DNA of 32,000 bases from Candidatus Saccharimonadota bacterium (GTDB lineage: Bacteria; Patescibacteriota; Gracilibacteria; BD1-5; UBA2023): contig OY970170.1 of the NCBI GenBank assembly GCA_963706795.1, positions 1,020,001 to 1,052,000 on the forward strand, read 5' to 3'. This document shows positions 1 through 9,417 of this stretch, piece by piece. Position numbers and translations under genes: made by a program. The notes beneath the pieces were generated by a model. That model had not been told where the DNA came from, searched no databases, and was given only the letters and a program-made list of their open reading frames with translations. Numbering within the stretch: the stretch's first letter is position 1; every line of letters starts with the position of its first letter.

Positions 1-2006
1 CTTTGATGCACTGATGACGCATCAGTGAAATATAGCTCATTGTACATCTCAGGTGTGAGATATACAATAGCAGATTTCCCTGTGTCCTCACGATTGTATA
101 CGAATACATATTTTCGCTCTTGTCCATCAAATCAAAGCAAATTTAAGAAAAACGAGCCTCTTCAGAAAATTTGGGGCGTTTTCAATTGTCGCACATCGTC
201 TACATGGACTGGCAATGCGATTGAACCAGTCATGAGATCTTGTAGGATTGATAGATCTCATTTACTTTTTCAGTAAGTGACTGATCTTGATAGATAGGTG
301 GGTTTTTCCTGGTTAATGGCAACTTCAAGATATCCCTGAGGAGCTATTGTGGCATCTCTCGCTCAGAGTGTTATGTGATTGCTCAAGCTAGTGGCATCAG
401 GAGACACCTTTACTCCCGAGGAACAGCTGGGAAACCAAGCATTTACGTCGAAGGGTTCATGCTTTTTGTTTGCTCGTTCTTTTGAAATTCCTGACCACTG
501 TATGCTTTTTTGATGAGATGGAAGTATGCTTCGACTTGCATATAATAGCCCCTCTCAGAGTCCAGTAAACTGATGACCTCATAAACGATTCTCATTCCAG
601 TATGACAAAGAAATCCTGTTAATCATTGGTGCGTATTCTTCTGCCAATGATACCTTGCCCTTGGGAACAGCTGTTGATATATATGGAGCTCTTCCTGTAA
701 TTGTTACTATAAGGCTATGTAGGTCGAAATAATGAAGTGCCTCTTCTCAGATTTTTCCCTCCCAGTCGAGTGGATCGGAGCCGAGATATAATGTGGGTTG
801 AAAATCCCTGCCATACGATGCTGCTAAAAGCAGTATGTCAGAGATAGAAAAATGACTCAGATCTTTTGATTTTTTGCGCGACGGCTCAAGGGAGCAAAAT
901 GCACACCCAACACTACATCCGTTAGATAATTCAAGCCAGTGGATGTTTTTTAAAAGAGCATCGCCTGTTTGGCGTGACTTTGTGGTATTAAAAATCGAAT
1001 GACTGAAATCGGGTCTTTGCTTTAGCGTATCTTGAAGTATTTGAATGACAGGCTCAGCGCTTAATAAGGACAAAAAAGCTATTCTATCTTTTTGGGGAAT
1101 ATCCCTAAAAATTTGCACCAATTGGGCTATCAATTTTTGACTATCGTCTCATTTTTCAATTGCATCTGTGACCTCCTGATAGGGAATACGGTCATTCTTG
1201 ATTTTATAACTCAAAAGAAGCTTGTTTCTCGAAACGATTACAGATTCTGGAATATCGCTCGACTGATTTCAATAGTAAAAATGAGTTAAAAAGTCAAAAG
1301 TGAGCAATTTCGCCTCTACAATAGGTGAAATGAGTGTCTCAGTGAACAACTTTTCTCTCAGAAAATCCCCGTCTATATCAGGGAAGCTGTCAATTATTCA
1401 ACAAATGAATTTTACAACGTCTGGATGACAAGAAGATCCATCTTTTTCCTTTGTTTTAAGGCTTTCTAGTAATATCTTTTTTTGAGAATCTTGTTTTGTG
1501 CTTGTGTAAGAAAGCGATCGATCTCACAGGGGGTATCCTGTCATCTCTTTAGATGGGATATCTTTTCGGTATATATGTCAGAGAGAGTAGGCTGGTGGAG
1601 TATTAGTGACACTGGGGGCATTCATCTGTGCGAGTATTGCATCGACCGACAGTCTTAAATCATCTGGGGTATCCCGTCTTGCTGTCACCTTTCGTTCTTG
1701 TTGGGCTACTGAGTATTCTGCTGGGATATCCCTTTTTTTCTTTTGCCTCGGGGTTTTTTCTCATAGTAAAATACGCTCAACTGCACCAGATGAATTCATA
1801 CATACTTTCATAACTCCCTCCCGAAAGTCGAGAAAATTAATATCAGACAATGTAGCCTCCTGAGGAGTTCATCATTCAAAAAACTCTACCCTTGTGCTTA
1901 TGGGGCAAGAAATGGGTTTTTCATTTACAGGGAAGGATACTATCCCTGCTGGATGATTCGTTGAGGACCATGTCGGCACAGAAGTGGAAACGATAGATTC
2001 TGGCAT
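1..2006 (-). CDS. Large radical-SAM-domain protein; C-terminus runs off the left edge (>=668 codons)
   Basis: One minus frame is free of TAA/TAG from ATG 2006-2004 to position 1 when TGA is sense. I count 16 in-frame TGA, and there is an in-frame TAA just upstream at 2048-2046. It contains CxxxCxxC (NGCSVGCAFCS, codons ~917-894), the radical-SAM 4Fe-4S motif. The N-terminal ~290 aa are unrecognised. Confidence 0.6.
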
Positions 2007-2173
2007 GTTCAAAAAAAGGTACTTGAAACGTAGTGTGATTTTGGGTTACCCCTGCATCATACCTCTTCAGGATGGGGAATTCAAATATTGGGGTGTGATG
2101 TGAATAAATAGACTTAGCTCTTCGGCAGACGGAGTATTTTTAATGCTTTTTGGAAGGGTTGTAAGTGAGGTTT

Positions 2174-2327
2174 AAAAATATTGTGTCGCTAATTGTGTTT
2201 TTGTATGCGATTTTGGACAAAAAGAAAAGCATCAGTGTTTAAGTTCTGATGCCGTTCTTGAGGTTGTTGGAATGTGTGTAATGGTGGCGAGGAGTAGAAT
2301 CGAACTACCGACACAAGGCTTTTCAGG
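2174..2327. repeat. attL: 154-bp direct repeat with the displaced 3' 46 nt of tRNA-Phe (2282-2327), the tRNA terminator hairpin and downstream flank
   Basis: Base-for-base identical to 14213-14366 by direct comparison (offset 12039). Identity stops at 2328 (aat...) versus 14367 (cct...). Confidence 0.9.
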
Positions 2328-2387
2328 AATTTTGAATAAAAAGCCATAGTTGTCAATGACCTAACTTTTGCTTCAAGTAAGGTAAAA

Positions 2388-3284
2388 TTAGGTGTACAAG
2401 TCAAGCGAGTTTATCTTTGTTCTAATAGCATCTACTTGGAAGTTCAAATAGATTTTTGTTGTATTGAGGTTGCTATGACCAAGAATTTGTGAGATATTAT
2501 ACAGGTTCAAGTCTTTCTTCGCGAGTTCAGTTGCAAAAGTATGACGGAACATGTGGGTGGTGATCTTAAAGGTCACCTTCTTTTTTATTCTGTAGAGTAC
2601 GTTGTAGATTTCTCGATGTTGTAACTTTCCTCAAATATAGGTAGGGAAGTATGCTTTTGGGTCAGCAAAGGTTCTGTTTCGTAAACTCTCGAATGATCGA
2701 AGAATGGGTTGGAGTTTTTCAAGAATCGGAACAATCCTATCTTTTTCTCATTTCCCACTTTGTACTCTGATATAACCCTCACTATGGTTTACATCCTCGG
2801 GCCTGAGATTTATGAGTTCGTAAAGTCTAAGCCCAGTGTAGAGATATGTGTAAACGATAGTTTTGTTGCGGGTATCAATGATGTCATCCTTGGGATACAT
2901 GCTATGTAAGAGCCAAAGAATCTTATCTATTTGATCCTTGGTAAAGTGCTTTGGAAGCTCTTTGGGGATCTTTTTGCGTACGATCTGATCGATGGGATTA
3001 GTAGTGATATAGTTTTCACGTACCAAGTATCAGCAAAATACTCTGTAGTCCTTACGTAAGCGATTGTATGTATGAGACGACCAATTATTTCTTGTTGATA
3101 GGTCAAAGAGTAGTCTACGGAAATTCTGAGCTGTAAATGTAGTTGGATCATCAAGCTCGATGAGCTCGTAATTCTGTAAGTGCCGAAGGGCTGTCTTGTA
3201 TGCTGAGAGCGATGCTTTGGTGAGTCCTTGTCAGTATTGCTTCTCCTCTAAAAAGGCATCCATGAAGTAATTGTTGAAACGCAT
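2388..3284 (-). CDS. int: Tyrosine recombinase / phage integrase (298 aa)
   Basis: ORF-track pieces 2388-2576 and 2748-3026 lie in the same frame and join through in-frame TGA at 2631, 2748, 3030 and 3231. The joined sequence reads ...RVQSGKGEKDRIVPI...HMFRHTFATELAKK...LGHSNLNTTKIYLN (R..HxxR..Y catalytic pattern). Start is ATG 3284-3282 and the stop is TAA at 2390-2388. Confidence 0.85.
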
Positions 3285-3457
3285 GATAAACACGATTAAA
3301 AGGCTAGGCCTCGTCTGTTATTTCAAGTGGCAAGTCGGGAATATTAAGGAGCGGGCGTACCGAAGTTCTTTGTGGTACATGGGTATTATTGCAGGTATTT
3401 TGATTTATGTCAACTAAATAACAACCTAAATACAACCTTTCAATATGTAATGAAAGG

Positions 3458-3509
3458 TACATATTGTATATGTACAATCGCTTATATACGTTTATCTGTA
3501 CATATACAA
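3458..3509. promoter_or_regulatory. Inverted-repeat cluster between the divergent int and DUF3892 genes (candidate operator)
   Basis: GTACATAT-TGT-ATATGTAC palindrome at 3458-3476. TGTATATGTACA (3466-3477) is the exact reverse complement of TGTACATATACA (3498-3509). Confidence 0.4.
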
Positions 3510-3619
3510 ACGCTATATATAGTGGTATGATTAAATTTTCTTTTGACAGAAACTTACTATTTGTGAGAATTAAAACAGACAGCGCGGCTGCTGTCCGTAT
3601 ATTGAATAACTTTCATAAC

Positions 3620-3919
3620 ATGCCAGAATTTCAGGTTACATGCATCACGAAACCAAATCGTGAAAGCAAGCATGAACACATTACCCATATTGGTAACATC
3701 GCAAATAAGTGGAGACTTACTAGAGGAGAGGCTATTAGACGCATAGATGCCAAAGAACAAGCTTACTATACTATTGAGCCGAGAACCCAAAACAAAGCCT
3801 ATGTTTGAGTAGTTCGTGAGGCTGGGAAAGTCCCATATCTAAGAACCCACGCAGATGGTTTCTATAATGATAACCTATTGAGTCTTGAAGAGTGTACGGA
3901 TGCTTGTAAACTCTACTAG
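3620..3919 (+). CDS. DUF3892-like small protein (99 aa)
   Basis: Starts MPEFQVTCITKPNRESKHEHITHIGN..WRLTRGEAIRRIDAKEQAYYT.. and continues through TGA 3806-3808 as ..KAYVGVVREAGKVPYLRTHADGFYNDNLLSLEEC.., ending at TAG 3917-3919. The pattern matches my recollection of DUF3892. Confidence 0.5.
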
Positions 3920-3938
3920 AAAAATAGATATGAAAATA

Positions 3939-3976
3939 AGAGGGGGAAGGAAGCCTATGGCATTCCTTCCCCCTCT
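3939..3976. terminator. Bidirectional stem-loop between the convergent DUF3892 and Zot-like genes
   Basis: AGAGGGGGAAGGAA / loop / TTCCTTCCCCCTCT. On the minus strand it is followed by TTATTTT. Confidence 0.65.
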
Positions 3977-3998
3977 TTCAACAATAGTAGGGTTTCGG

Positions 3999-4037
3999 GA
4001 GTCAAGTGTAACGGTTCTACGAACCGACACTTGACTC
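3999..4037. other. Long composite hairpin overlapping the last codons of the Zot-like gene
   Basis: GAGTCAAGTGT-AA-CGGTTC-TAC-GAACCG-ACACTTGACTC (11 + 6 bp). The Zot-like TAG stop (4019-4017) sits in the loop. Confidence 0.5.
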
Positions 4038-4841
4038 GGGAGATGTATCGGGCAACTGTGGCCTTAATTCTGGTGCAGGGGTGTCTAAAGACACGCCCAT
4101 GCCCCGAAGTCTCTCAAAGAGAGAACCTTTTGTATAAATACTCACTCATTCTTCGATGAGTTCTTTTGTGTGGTACTCGTAGTAAGGAAAAGGGAAGAAG
4201 GGATGTAGGTTTACATGCATACCAAATCCTACCTTTTCAGCTTTGGAGAGGTCTGGATCATCTGGGTTGAGTACATAGTAGTCATGATACCATCTGATGA
4301 AGTAGAGGCCCATTTTGTAATGTCTCCAAGTGGTTGCGAGTCTTCGGAATTTTACATCGAGATCGTGAGGATTTTGAACTCAGCAGAGAAAGAGGCAGTT
4401 GAGCTTTCTGGGCTGATAAATGAAGGAGAGGAGAGCTTCATTTTTACCTTTGAAGTTCTTGTCGAAGTTGCGGGAGTTGAAGTAGATGCCACCTTCATCG
4501 AGCGCGATGTTGAACCAGAGGTCTTTTGGGAGATTTGGATAGGTAGATCGGAAGATTGTGGCGCGTTCTTCGTATTCTTCGAGGTGGAGCTTTGGTTTGA
4601 GTGAATAGAGCTTTGCACGATCCTTGTAGAGGTTGATGTACTGGTGATAGTCGTAGATGTCGGAGAGGATATTGAGAAGGTCTTCGTGTGATTGAATTTG
4701 GAAGTCTGAATATCCAGTCCAATAGTTGGATATATTCACTGTCACTTTACGGTTTGCATCGTGGAGGTAGCGAGTGATCGCTTGAGTCTTACCAGCTCCA
4801 AAACGACCAAGAGTGAGATAGAAGCCATAGCGTTTTGACAT
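4017..4841 (-). CDS. Zot / pI-like P-loop assembly ATPase (274 aa)
   Basis: N-terminus MSKRYGFYLTLGRFGAGKTQ (Walker A) and FNIALDEGG (Walker B-like). The frame continues through TGA at 4380 and 4146 to TAG 4019-4017. It is the last gene of the morphogenesis operon, as gene I is in Ff phages. Confidence 0.7.
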
Positions 4842-4868
4842 GGGAGAGATTTGTTAGTGTTTTGGTGT

Positions 4869-5237
4869 TTAGTCGGATTTGAAGAGTCGATATACAAGAG
4901 ATCCAATTGAGAGAACAAAGAAGGAGGAATAGGCGTAGATAACGAGTGCTACGGTTGTTTTAGCGAGGAAGAGTGAGCCAAAGAGTGTCCATCCCATACA
5001 TATATGATACAGCGTGAAGGCAAGCAGTGGCGCTGTGAAATTCATGAAGAAGAGGAAGAATGTTGTGAAGACAACGAGTGAGCCGTACTTGTTAAGAAAT
5101 CTGTAGAGCACCTTGAAATACTGTGGGAATACATCAGCTGCTTTATCTACTATGAAGCCGAGAGCGATTCCTAACTGTGGGAGGAAGCCTTTTATGAGTT
5201 CATAGAAGGCAGTGAGAGCGCGGAGAATGAGAGACAT
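4869..5237 (-). CDS. Polytopic small membrane protein, g6p-like by size and position (122 aa)
   Basis: Standard ORF. It is very hydrophobic with about 3-4 TM segments. It lies between the adsorption-like gene and the Zot-like gene, where gene VI sits in Ff phages. Confidence 0.6.
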   Translation of the reverse strand: MSLILRALTAFYELIKGFLPQLGIALGFIVDKAADVFPQYFKVLYRFLNKYGSLVVFTTFFLFFMNFTAPLLAFTLYHICMGWTLFGSLFLAKTTVALVIYAYSSFFVLSIGSLVYRLFKSD

Positions 5238-5238
5238 A

Positions 5239-7332
5239 TTAGAAACGCTTAAAGACTATGAAGAACCCAAAGAGGAGTGGAACAGTCGCAAAGAATAGGG
5301 CGAGATAGTCAGGGAAGCCCATTACTCAGGGTGTGAAATCGAGCGCATAGGGTCTTTGGGATGTAGGTAGAGCCATATAGCTTGCCTGCATCTTTTGATA
5401 GCTTACGATGTGTACTCTTCCAAAGTAGCAGACCTTAGTGTCTTGAGGGGAAATACCTACAGAGTTGAGAAGTGAGAGAATGCTATTGATTGGTGCGGTT
5501 GTGACATCAAAGAGCTTATCTACAATGCTGAGGGATGCTTTGAGAGTTGAGTTATCTACTGCATCGGATGGATGTACAGAGAGACGGAAAGAAGTACCGT
5601 TTGATGAGTAGGCAAATGATCCATCTGAGGCAAACATTTCACATGCACTTCATTCGTTGGTTCATGTTCCTGTGAGACTTGAGAAGTTACCCACTGCACT
5701 TCCAGTTCAGGTGTTACCAAGTGATCCAGTGAGTGATTTGACGGGTGTTTTAAAGATTGAGAGAGCATCGGAGGGTGAGCTAAATTGGAAATTGAGCCCA
5801 CTGCCAAAAGCATCACTTCCACTTCCATTCAGTTGCCTAAGAAAGTCAGGGCGGACTTTACAGTAGTCGCCAGATGCATAGCAGTATTCAGCTGGCCCAC
5901 ATGAGTCCTTGCTTGACCAAGAACAGGAGTATTGAGGCGTGGAGCAGGCATTGCGAGTAACATCTCAGGAGTATTGAACTGTACCTGATCCTGCATACTG
6001 TCATGGATTGCTTATTTCAGGCATACACATATCTCCATTCGTCTTACAGAGATGAGCATTTGCATCCTGACATCGATAGTTTCATGAGATTGTTTTCCAT
6101 GAACAGGTGTTTGGTTGGAGGTCTTGGGATGTTCCCGAGACGCTTGTTGAGCCTGAGAAGGTTTGTGGGGTACAGGTCTGGGATTCTGTGGAGTAGTTGT
6201 TGGTTGATCAGGTGTAGGAGAACCATCACTGAGTAGATCATGAAAAGATCGATCCAGTAGTACTCGATGATCAGTTGCCTCACGTAGATGGTGGTGGTAC
6301 TGACATTGTTCATCCGCAGGCTATCATTGCAGGATCAAAACGTCATGAATCATCGGCACAATAATTCTTCATGTCGCTTGGACGAAGAAAACAGGAGTTA
6401 TAGAGTGGATTATTGCAGTGGAGATCCCATGAGTATATTTTACCATCTCAGGCGTTGATATAGAGATATGGATTCTCAAAGGTGGTAAACTTTCCGAGTG
6501 CATATACATAGGATCATGTGAAATATGTACCACCTCAGGAGAAATTATCGCTTGTGAGGTTTTGCTTGAGGACAAAAGAATTATCAGAGGTAACAAAGGC
6601 GGCAACTAATCAATCATTGTTAAACTCAGGAGGCATGAAACCGAGTGGAAGTGGGGCGGGCTGGATTCAGGTTTCAAGAATAAAGGTAGGTGCATTGCCA
6701 AATGGATAAAATCGTCCGAGCTTACCGCTAGCTGTTGGGTAGAGAAACTGTGTACCCAGTGATGTGGCTTTGGTAACGAAACGTTGTACGCGAGATCATT
6801 GTGACGGCGCTTCGAATCCTGCGGGTTTTGGAGCTTGAGAGAGATAAGTGAAGGTGAGATCAGAGTTGATGGCGTAGTATTTTACATAGTCGCCCTCGAT
6901 CGTAACTTCGATATTGTCTTTAAAGAATGGAGTGGTTACTGGCTTCCATCGTCAGTTAGTGCTGTCATAGAGTGCTAATGCATTTTCTATACCTGATCAA
7001 ACAATTGAGATCAGAGAAACAGTGTCACTTATTTTGTATACTTCGTAGAAGTTATAGACCGTACGAATATCGAATCCACAGCATGGTTGAGAATAGACTC
7101 TTCCCCAAACTACAGCTGTGCCATATGTATCACTGAGTGAGTAGATGTAGGTAGTTCAATATGATGAATAGTACTGAACACTGAGATTTACGTTATTGAG
7201 TACTGTACCTTTTTGTGCAACGGTTGGGGTTGTAACTACGTTAAAAGCGCTCGCAGGATTTACGAACGCTAGAGATGTCAGAATTAAGAGGCTAATAGTG
7301 AAAGCTGAGAGGATTTTGATATTTGTTTTCAT
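5239..7332 (-). CDS. Secreted, C-terminally anchored adsorption (g3p-like) minor coat protein (697 aa)
   Basis: A single minus frame is open from ATG 7332-7330 to TAA 5241-5239 with 23 in-frame TGA (my codon-by-codon read). It has a signal peptide (MKTNIKILSAFTISLLILTSLAFVNPASA), Cys-rich and Gly/Ser/Thr-rich segments, and a C-terminal TM (GFPDYLALFFATVPLLFGFFIVFKRF). Confidence 0.75.
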
Positions 7333-7341
7333 AGGTACAAA

Positions 7342-8232
7342 TTAGCGAGTACGACTTCAGGCTTTGTAGGCACGGATGCAGAGGAGGAAGAAAATGAGGA
7401 GTGAGAAAAAGACTCACCAGAAAAATGCACAGACAGTCACGATGAATCGGATGTCGATTGCATATGCTCATGAGTCTGAGTGACAACCTGCGGGTAAGAG
7501 TGATCCTGTGGCTTCGAATGCAATACAGGGGGCAGGAGATCAAATGGCTCATGAGTTGGTTGATCCTGTATTCGTGGATCAAGTGTTCGTGCTTCATGAA
7601 TTTGTTGATCCCGAGCCACTTGTAGGAGGTTCGGATGGTGGAATATACGTAGGAAGAATGCCGTTGAGATCGATTAAATCGCCATTTAGGTAGGTTGGTG
7701 CACAGCCATCAGTTGCGAGCTTGGGAGTTGGATCGATGTAGTAACGACCGAAACCGTAGTAACCAGCAGAGGGATTAAACGGGAAGAGTTGTCCGTCAGG
7801 TTGTCAGTGGGCTGAGTCATAGAGACAGTACCATTTTGAAGTGGTAGAGTTTGAGACTTTTGCCTTTCCTGCATCACTTCTCATTTGGTATCACGAAGCT
7901 ACATCTATGGGAAGCATGTCTGTGAAGATGCCGTTTGCAGAGGTTGGTGGAATGGGGGTTGATTGGACTATGCCTTCGGGTATGTGGCCAGCAGTAATGT
8001 CTACAGCTTTAAGTGAGAGTACTGTATCGAGTCAGAGATCACCAGAGTTTGCATTGTAGAGTCCGTCACAACTTCCTGCATTTACACTGTGACAAAACCA
8101 GTCTGTATGTATTGCACCATCCGAAGAGAAACCGAAGAGCTGATTTTCACCTTGATATATGCTGTATGCTGAAGTACTTAAGGTCTGGAAAAGAGGAACG
8201 GTTGCGAGAGCGAGAAGAAAATATTTGCGCAT
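7342..8232 (-). CDS. Second secreted, C-terminally anchored virion-tip-like protein (296 aa)
   Basis: Open from ATG 8232-8230 to TAA 7344-7342 with 10 in-frame TGA. It has a signal peptide (MRKYFLLALATVPLFQTLSTSA), a linker SGSGSTNSGSTNTGSTNTGSTNSG and a C-terminal TM (FIVTVCAFFWGVFFSLLIFFLLC). Confidence 0.7.
7549..7620 (-). repeat. Peptide-level tandem repeat (GSTN[S/T])x4 linker, several of its glycines encoded by TGA
   Basis: Read directly from the minus-strand translation of 7620-7549. At nucleotide level the repeat is imperfect. Confidence 0.6.
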
Positions 8233-8234
8233 GG

Positions 8235-8384
8235 CTATGAAGTTATGATCCAAAGAAACCAACCGATACAGTAGAAGGCAAAAGCCCCGAGGATGTATCC
8301 GTGTGCATGGGTTGTGAAGAACCAAAGAGGCCAGAGGATTGCATCTGCTGAGGCATCGAAGAAATAGGGGAGGAGGTATTGCAT
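8235..8384 (-). CDS. 49-aa hydrophobic protein (g7p/g9p-like small virion or assembly protein candidate)
   Basis: Sequence is MQYLLPYFFDASADAILWPLWFFTTHAHGYILGAFAFYCIGWFLWIITS, from ATG 8384-8382 to TAG 8237-8235. The stop lies 2 nt from the next gene's ATG. The ORF is below the ORF-track size cutoff. Confidence 0.5.
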   Translation of the reverse strand: MQYLLPYFFDASADAILWPLWFFTTHAHGYILGAFAFYCIGWFLWIITS

Positions 8385-8409
8385 AGATGATCCGTTAAGA
8401 AAGACGATA

Positions 8410-8438
8410 GAATTGGACTGAACTTGTCAGTCCAATTC
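8410..8438 (-). terminator. Perfect 12-bp stem-loop immediately after the major-coat-like gene
   Basis: GAATTGGACTGA-ACTTG-TCAGTCCAATTC, 10 nt downstream of the coat-like gene's stop. This parallels the terminator after gene VIII in Ff phages. Confidence 0.55.
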
Positions 8439-8448
8439 GCGATCCCGC

Positions 8449-8745
8449 CTAGCGAGAGATGAAGCCCTTGATGAGGCCTGTAGCTTTGTTCGCGATTGCG
8501 ATGGCTACGAGTCCGCCAGTGAATCCGAGAACGACTGTGAGAAGTGAGACACTTCCGTTGGCCATAGCCGTGTTCACAGGAGATGTTTCTGATCCAGAGA
8601 GTGTGAGTCGTCCGAAGTCAGTAGAGGTTGTATCTGTGACAACCTGAGCAGCGTGTGTGGCGCTTACTACGAGGAGTGGAACAACTGCCATTGTGACAGC
8701 TGATGCCTTGCGGAGAGTCTTGCTCTCCATGATTGCCTTGAACAT
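8449..8745 (-). CDS. Major coat protein (g8p-like) precursor (98 aa)
   Basis: It has a signal-like N-terminus (..AVTMAVVPLLVVSATHAAQ), an acidic/polar segment, a hydrophobic helix (SLLTVVLGFTGGLVAIAIA) and a basic tail (NKATGLIKGFISR). The stop is TAG. Confidence 0.65.
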   Translation of the reverse strand: MFKAIMESKTLRKASAVTMAVVPLLVVSATHAAQVVTDTTSTDFGRLTLSGSETSPVNTAMANGSVSLLTVVLGFTGGLVAIAIANKATGLIKGFISR

Positions 8746-8788
8746 AGAAAAAAGATGAAAGGGTAGAAGGCAGGGGTTTAGAGCCCCG

Positions 8789-8863
8789 TTCCTAGCTTCC
8801 GTGACATTTCTAGCGAACCTTTATGTCGTCAGGTTCATTTCGCTACTAGAGGGAAACTAGGAA
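8789..8863. other. ~75-nt imperfect long hairpin in the leader upstream of the coat-like gene
   Basis: On the minus strand, the outer 12-bp stem TTCCTAGTTTCC / GGAAGCTAGGAA (one G-U pair) encloses an inner stem TAGCG..AACC / GGTT-CGCTA. Confidence 0.4.
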
Positions 8864-8888
8864 TCGAGCTCGAAGCTGTGTTTGAGTA

Positions 8889-8967
8889 GAAAAAAAGACA
8901 CAAAAAAAGTGGTTCTCCGGCAACAGGCAGGTGGGTTCAGCGACCTGCTTGTATATGGTGAACCACT
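8889..8967 (-). terminator. Rho-independent terminator after the 99-aa gene
   Basis: On the minus strand, the stem AGTGGTTC...GAACCACT with inner GCAGGT/ACCTGC is followed by TTTTTTTGTGTCTTTTTTT. Confidence 0.6.
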
Positions 8968-8996
8968 TGATCTAATGAACAGTGTCTTGGATGGAA

Positions 8997-9296
8997 TTAC
9001 TTAGCCTCTTTGGCGAAAAGAGTTCCGATCTCCTTGAATTCTTCTTTGGTGAGTGAGAGCTTGAATGGTACTGGGAAGTACTTTTTGAGTTCATCTACCC
9101 ATTTCTTGGTAGTGAGAACGATCTCAACACGGTCGGAGGTTTTAACTTCTCCTGTGTCAGTGTTTGTTCGTTCACTGGTATATGCGACAACTTCGAGTTT
9201 ACGATCTACGTAACCTTCGCTAGTGAGTGTCTCGTGATTTACGAGATTTTGTTCGTTTAGACGAGCGAACTTCGTTTTGTTTTTGTCTGCGGGCAT
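8997..9296 (-). CDS. 99-aa hypothetical protein, first gene of the structural operon (g5p-position ssDNA-binding candidate)
   Basis: Standard ORF with no TGA. The assignment rests only on size and position upstream of the coat-like gene. I see no sequence similarity to known g5p. Confidence 0.35.
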   Translation of the reverse strand: MPADKNKTKFARLNEQNLVNHETLTSEGYVDRKLEVVAYTSERTNTDTGEVKTSDRVEIVLTTKKWVDELKKYFPVPFKLSLTKEEFKEIGTLFAKEAK

Positions 9297-9363
9297 AATC
9301 GAAAAATGAAGTATTAAAAAAGCCCGTTCAAGAGAAAGAGAGATCGATCAAATGAACAAGCGT

Positions 9364-9391
9364 ATTTTACTTATTGAAGGCAATATGTCAA
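9364..9391 (-). promoter_or_regulatory. Sigma70-like promoter for the structural operon
   Basis: On the minus strand: TTGACA (9391-9386), 16 nt, TAAAAT (9369-9364), about 70 nt upstream of ATG 9296. Confidence 0.5.
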
Positions 9392-9394
9392 CCT

Positions 9395-9417
9395 AATTAC
9401 AACCAAAAGTTGTAATT
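9395..9417. promoter_or_regulatory. Perfect 9-bp inverted repeat next to the -35 box (operator and/or terminator of the 58-aa gene)
   Basis: AATTACAAC-CAAAA-GTTGTAATT. It overlaps the TAA of the 58-aa gene and ends 3 nt from the -35 hexamer. Confidence 0.45.

Noticed and set aside
2189-2404. ORFs 2189-2404 (-) and 14206-14502 (+) from the track.
   Set aside because: They run through the att repeat, the tRNA-Phe gene and the tRNA terminator, and they are duplicated only because the repeat is. They are not coding.
3343-3356. A 14-bp sequence ATTAAGGAGCGGGC upstream of int, inverted at 14159-14172 near the right end. I considered these as possible integrase arm sites.
   Set aside because: About 0.5 such 14-mer inverted matches are expected by chance within a 12-kb element. 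The match does not extend, and the left copy lies about 1 kb from the core.
3980-4130. A multi-hairpin segment that first looked like a structured ncRNA between the DUF3892 and Zot-like genes.
   Set aside because: In code 25 the Zot-like frame stays open through this segment to TAG 4019-4017, and a proper terminator follows at 3939-3976. Most of the segment is therefore coding. Only the terminal hairpins were kept, as features.
5240-8330. A dense patchwork of short overlapping ORFs on both strands in the standard-code track, which looks like a decayed or pseudogenised region.
   Set aside because: Codon-by-codon reading shows two adjacent minus-strand frames with no TAA/TAG for 2094 and 891 nt. 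Each has a signal peptide and a C-terminal TM, so all the interruptions are TGA. These are intact code-25 genes.
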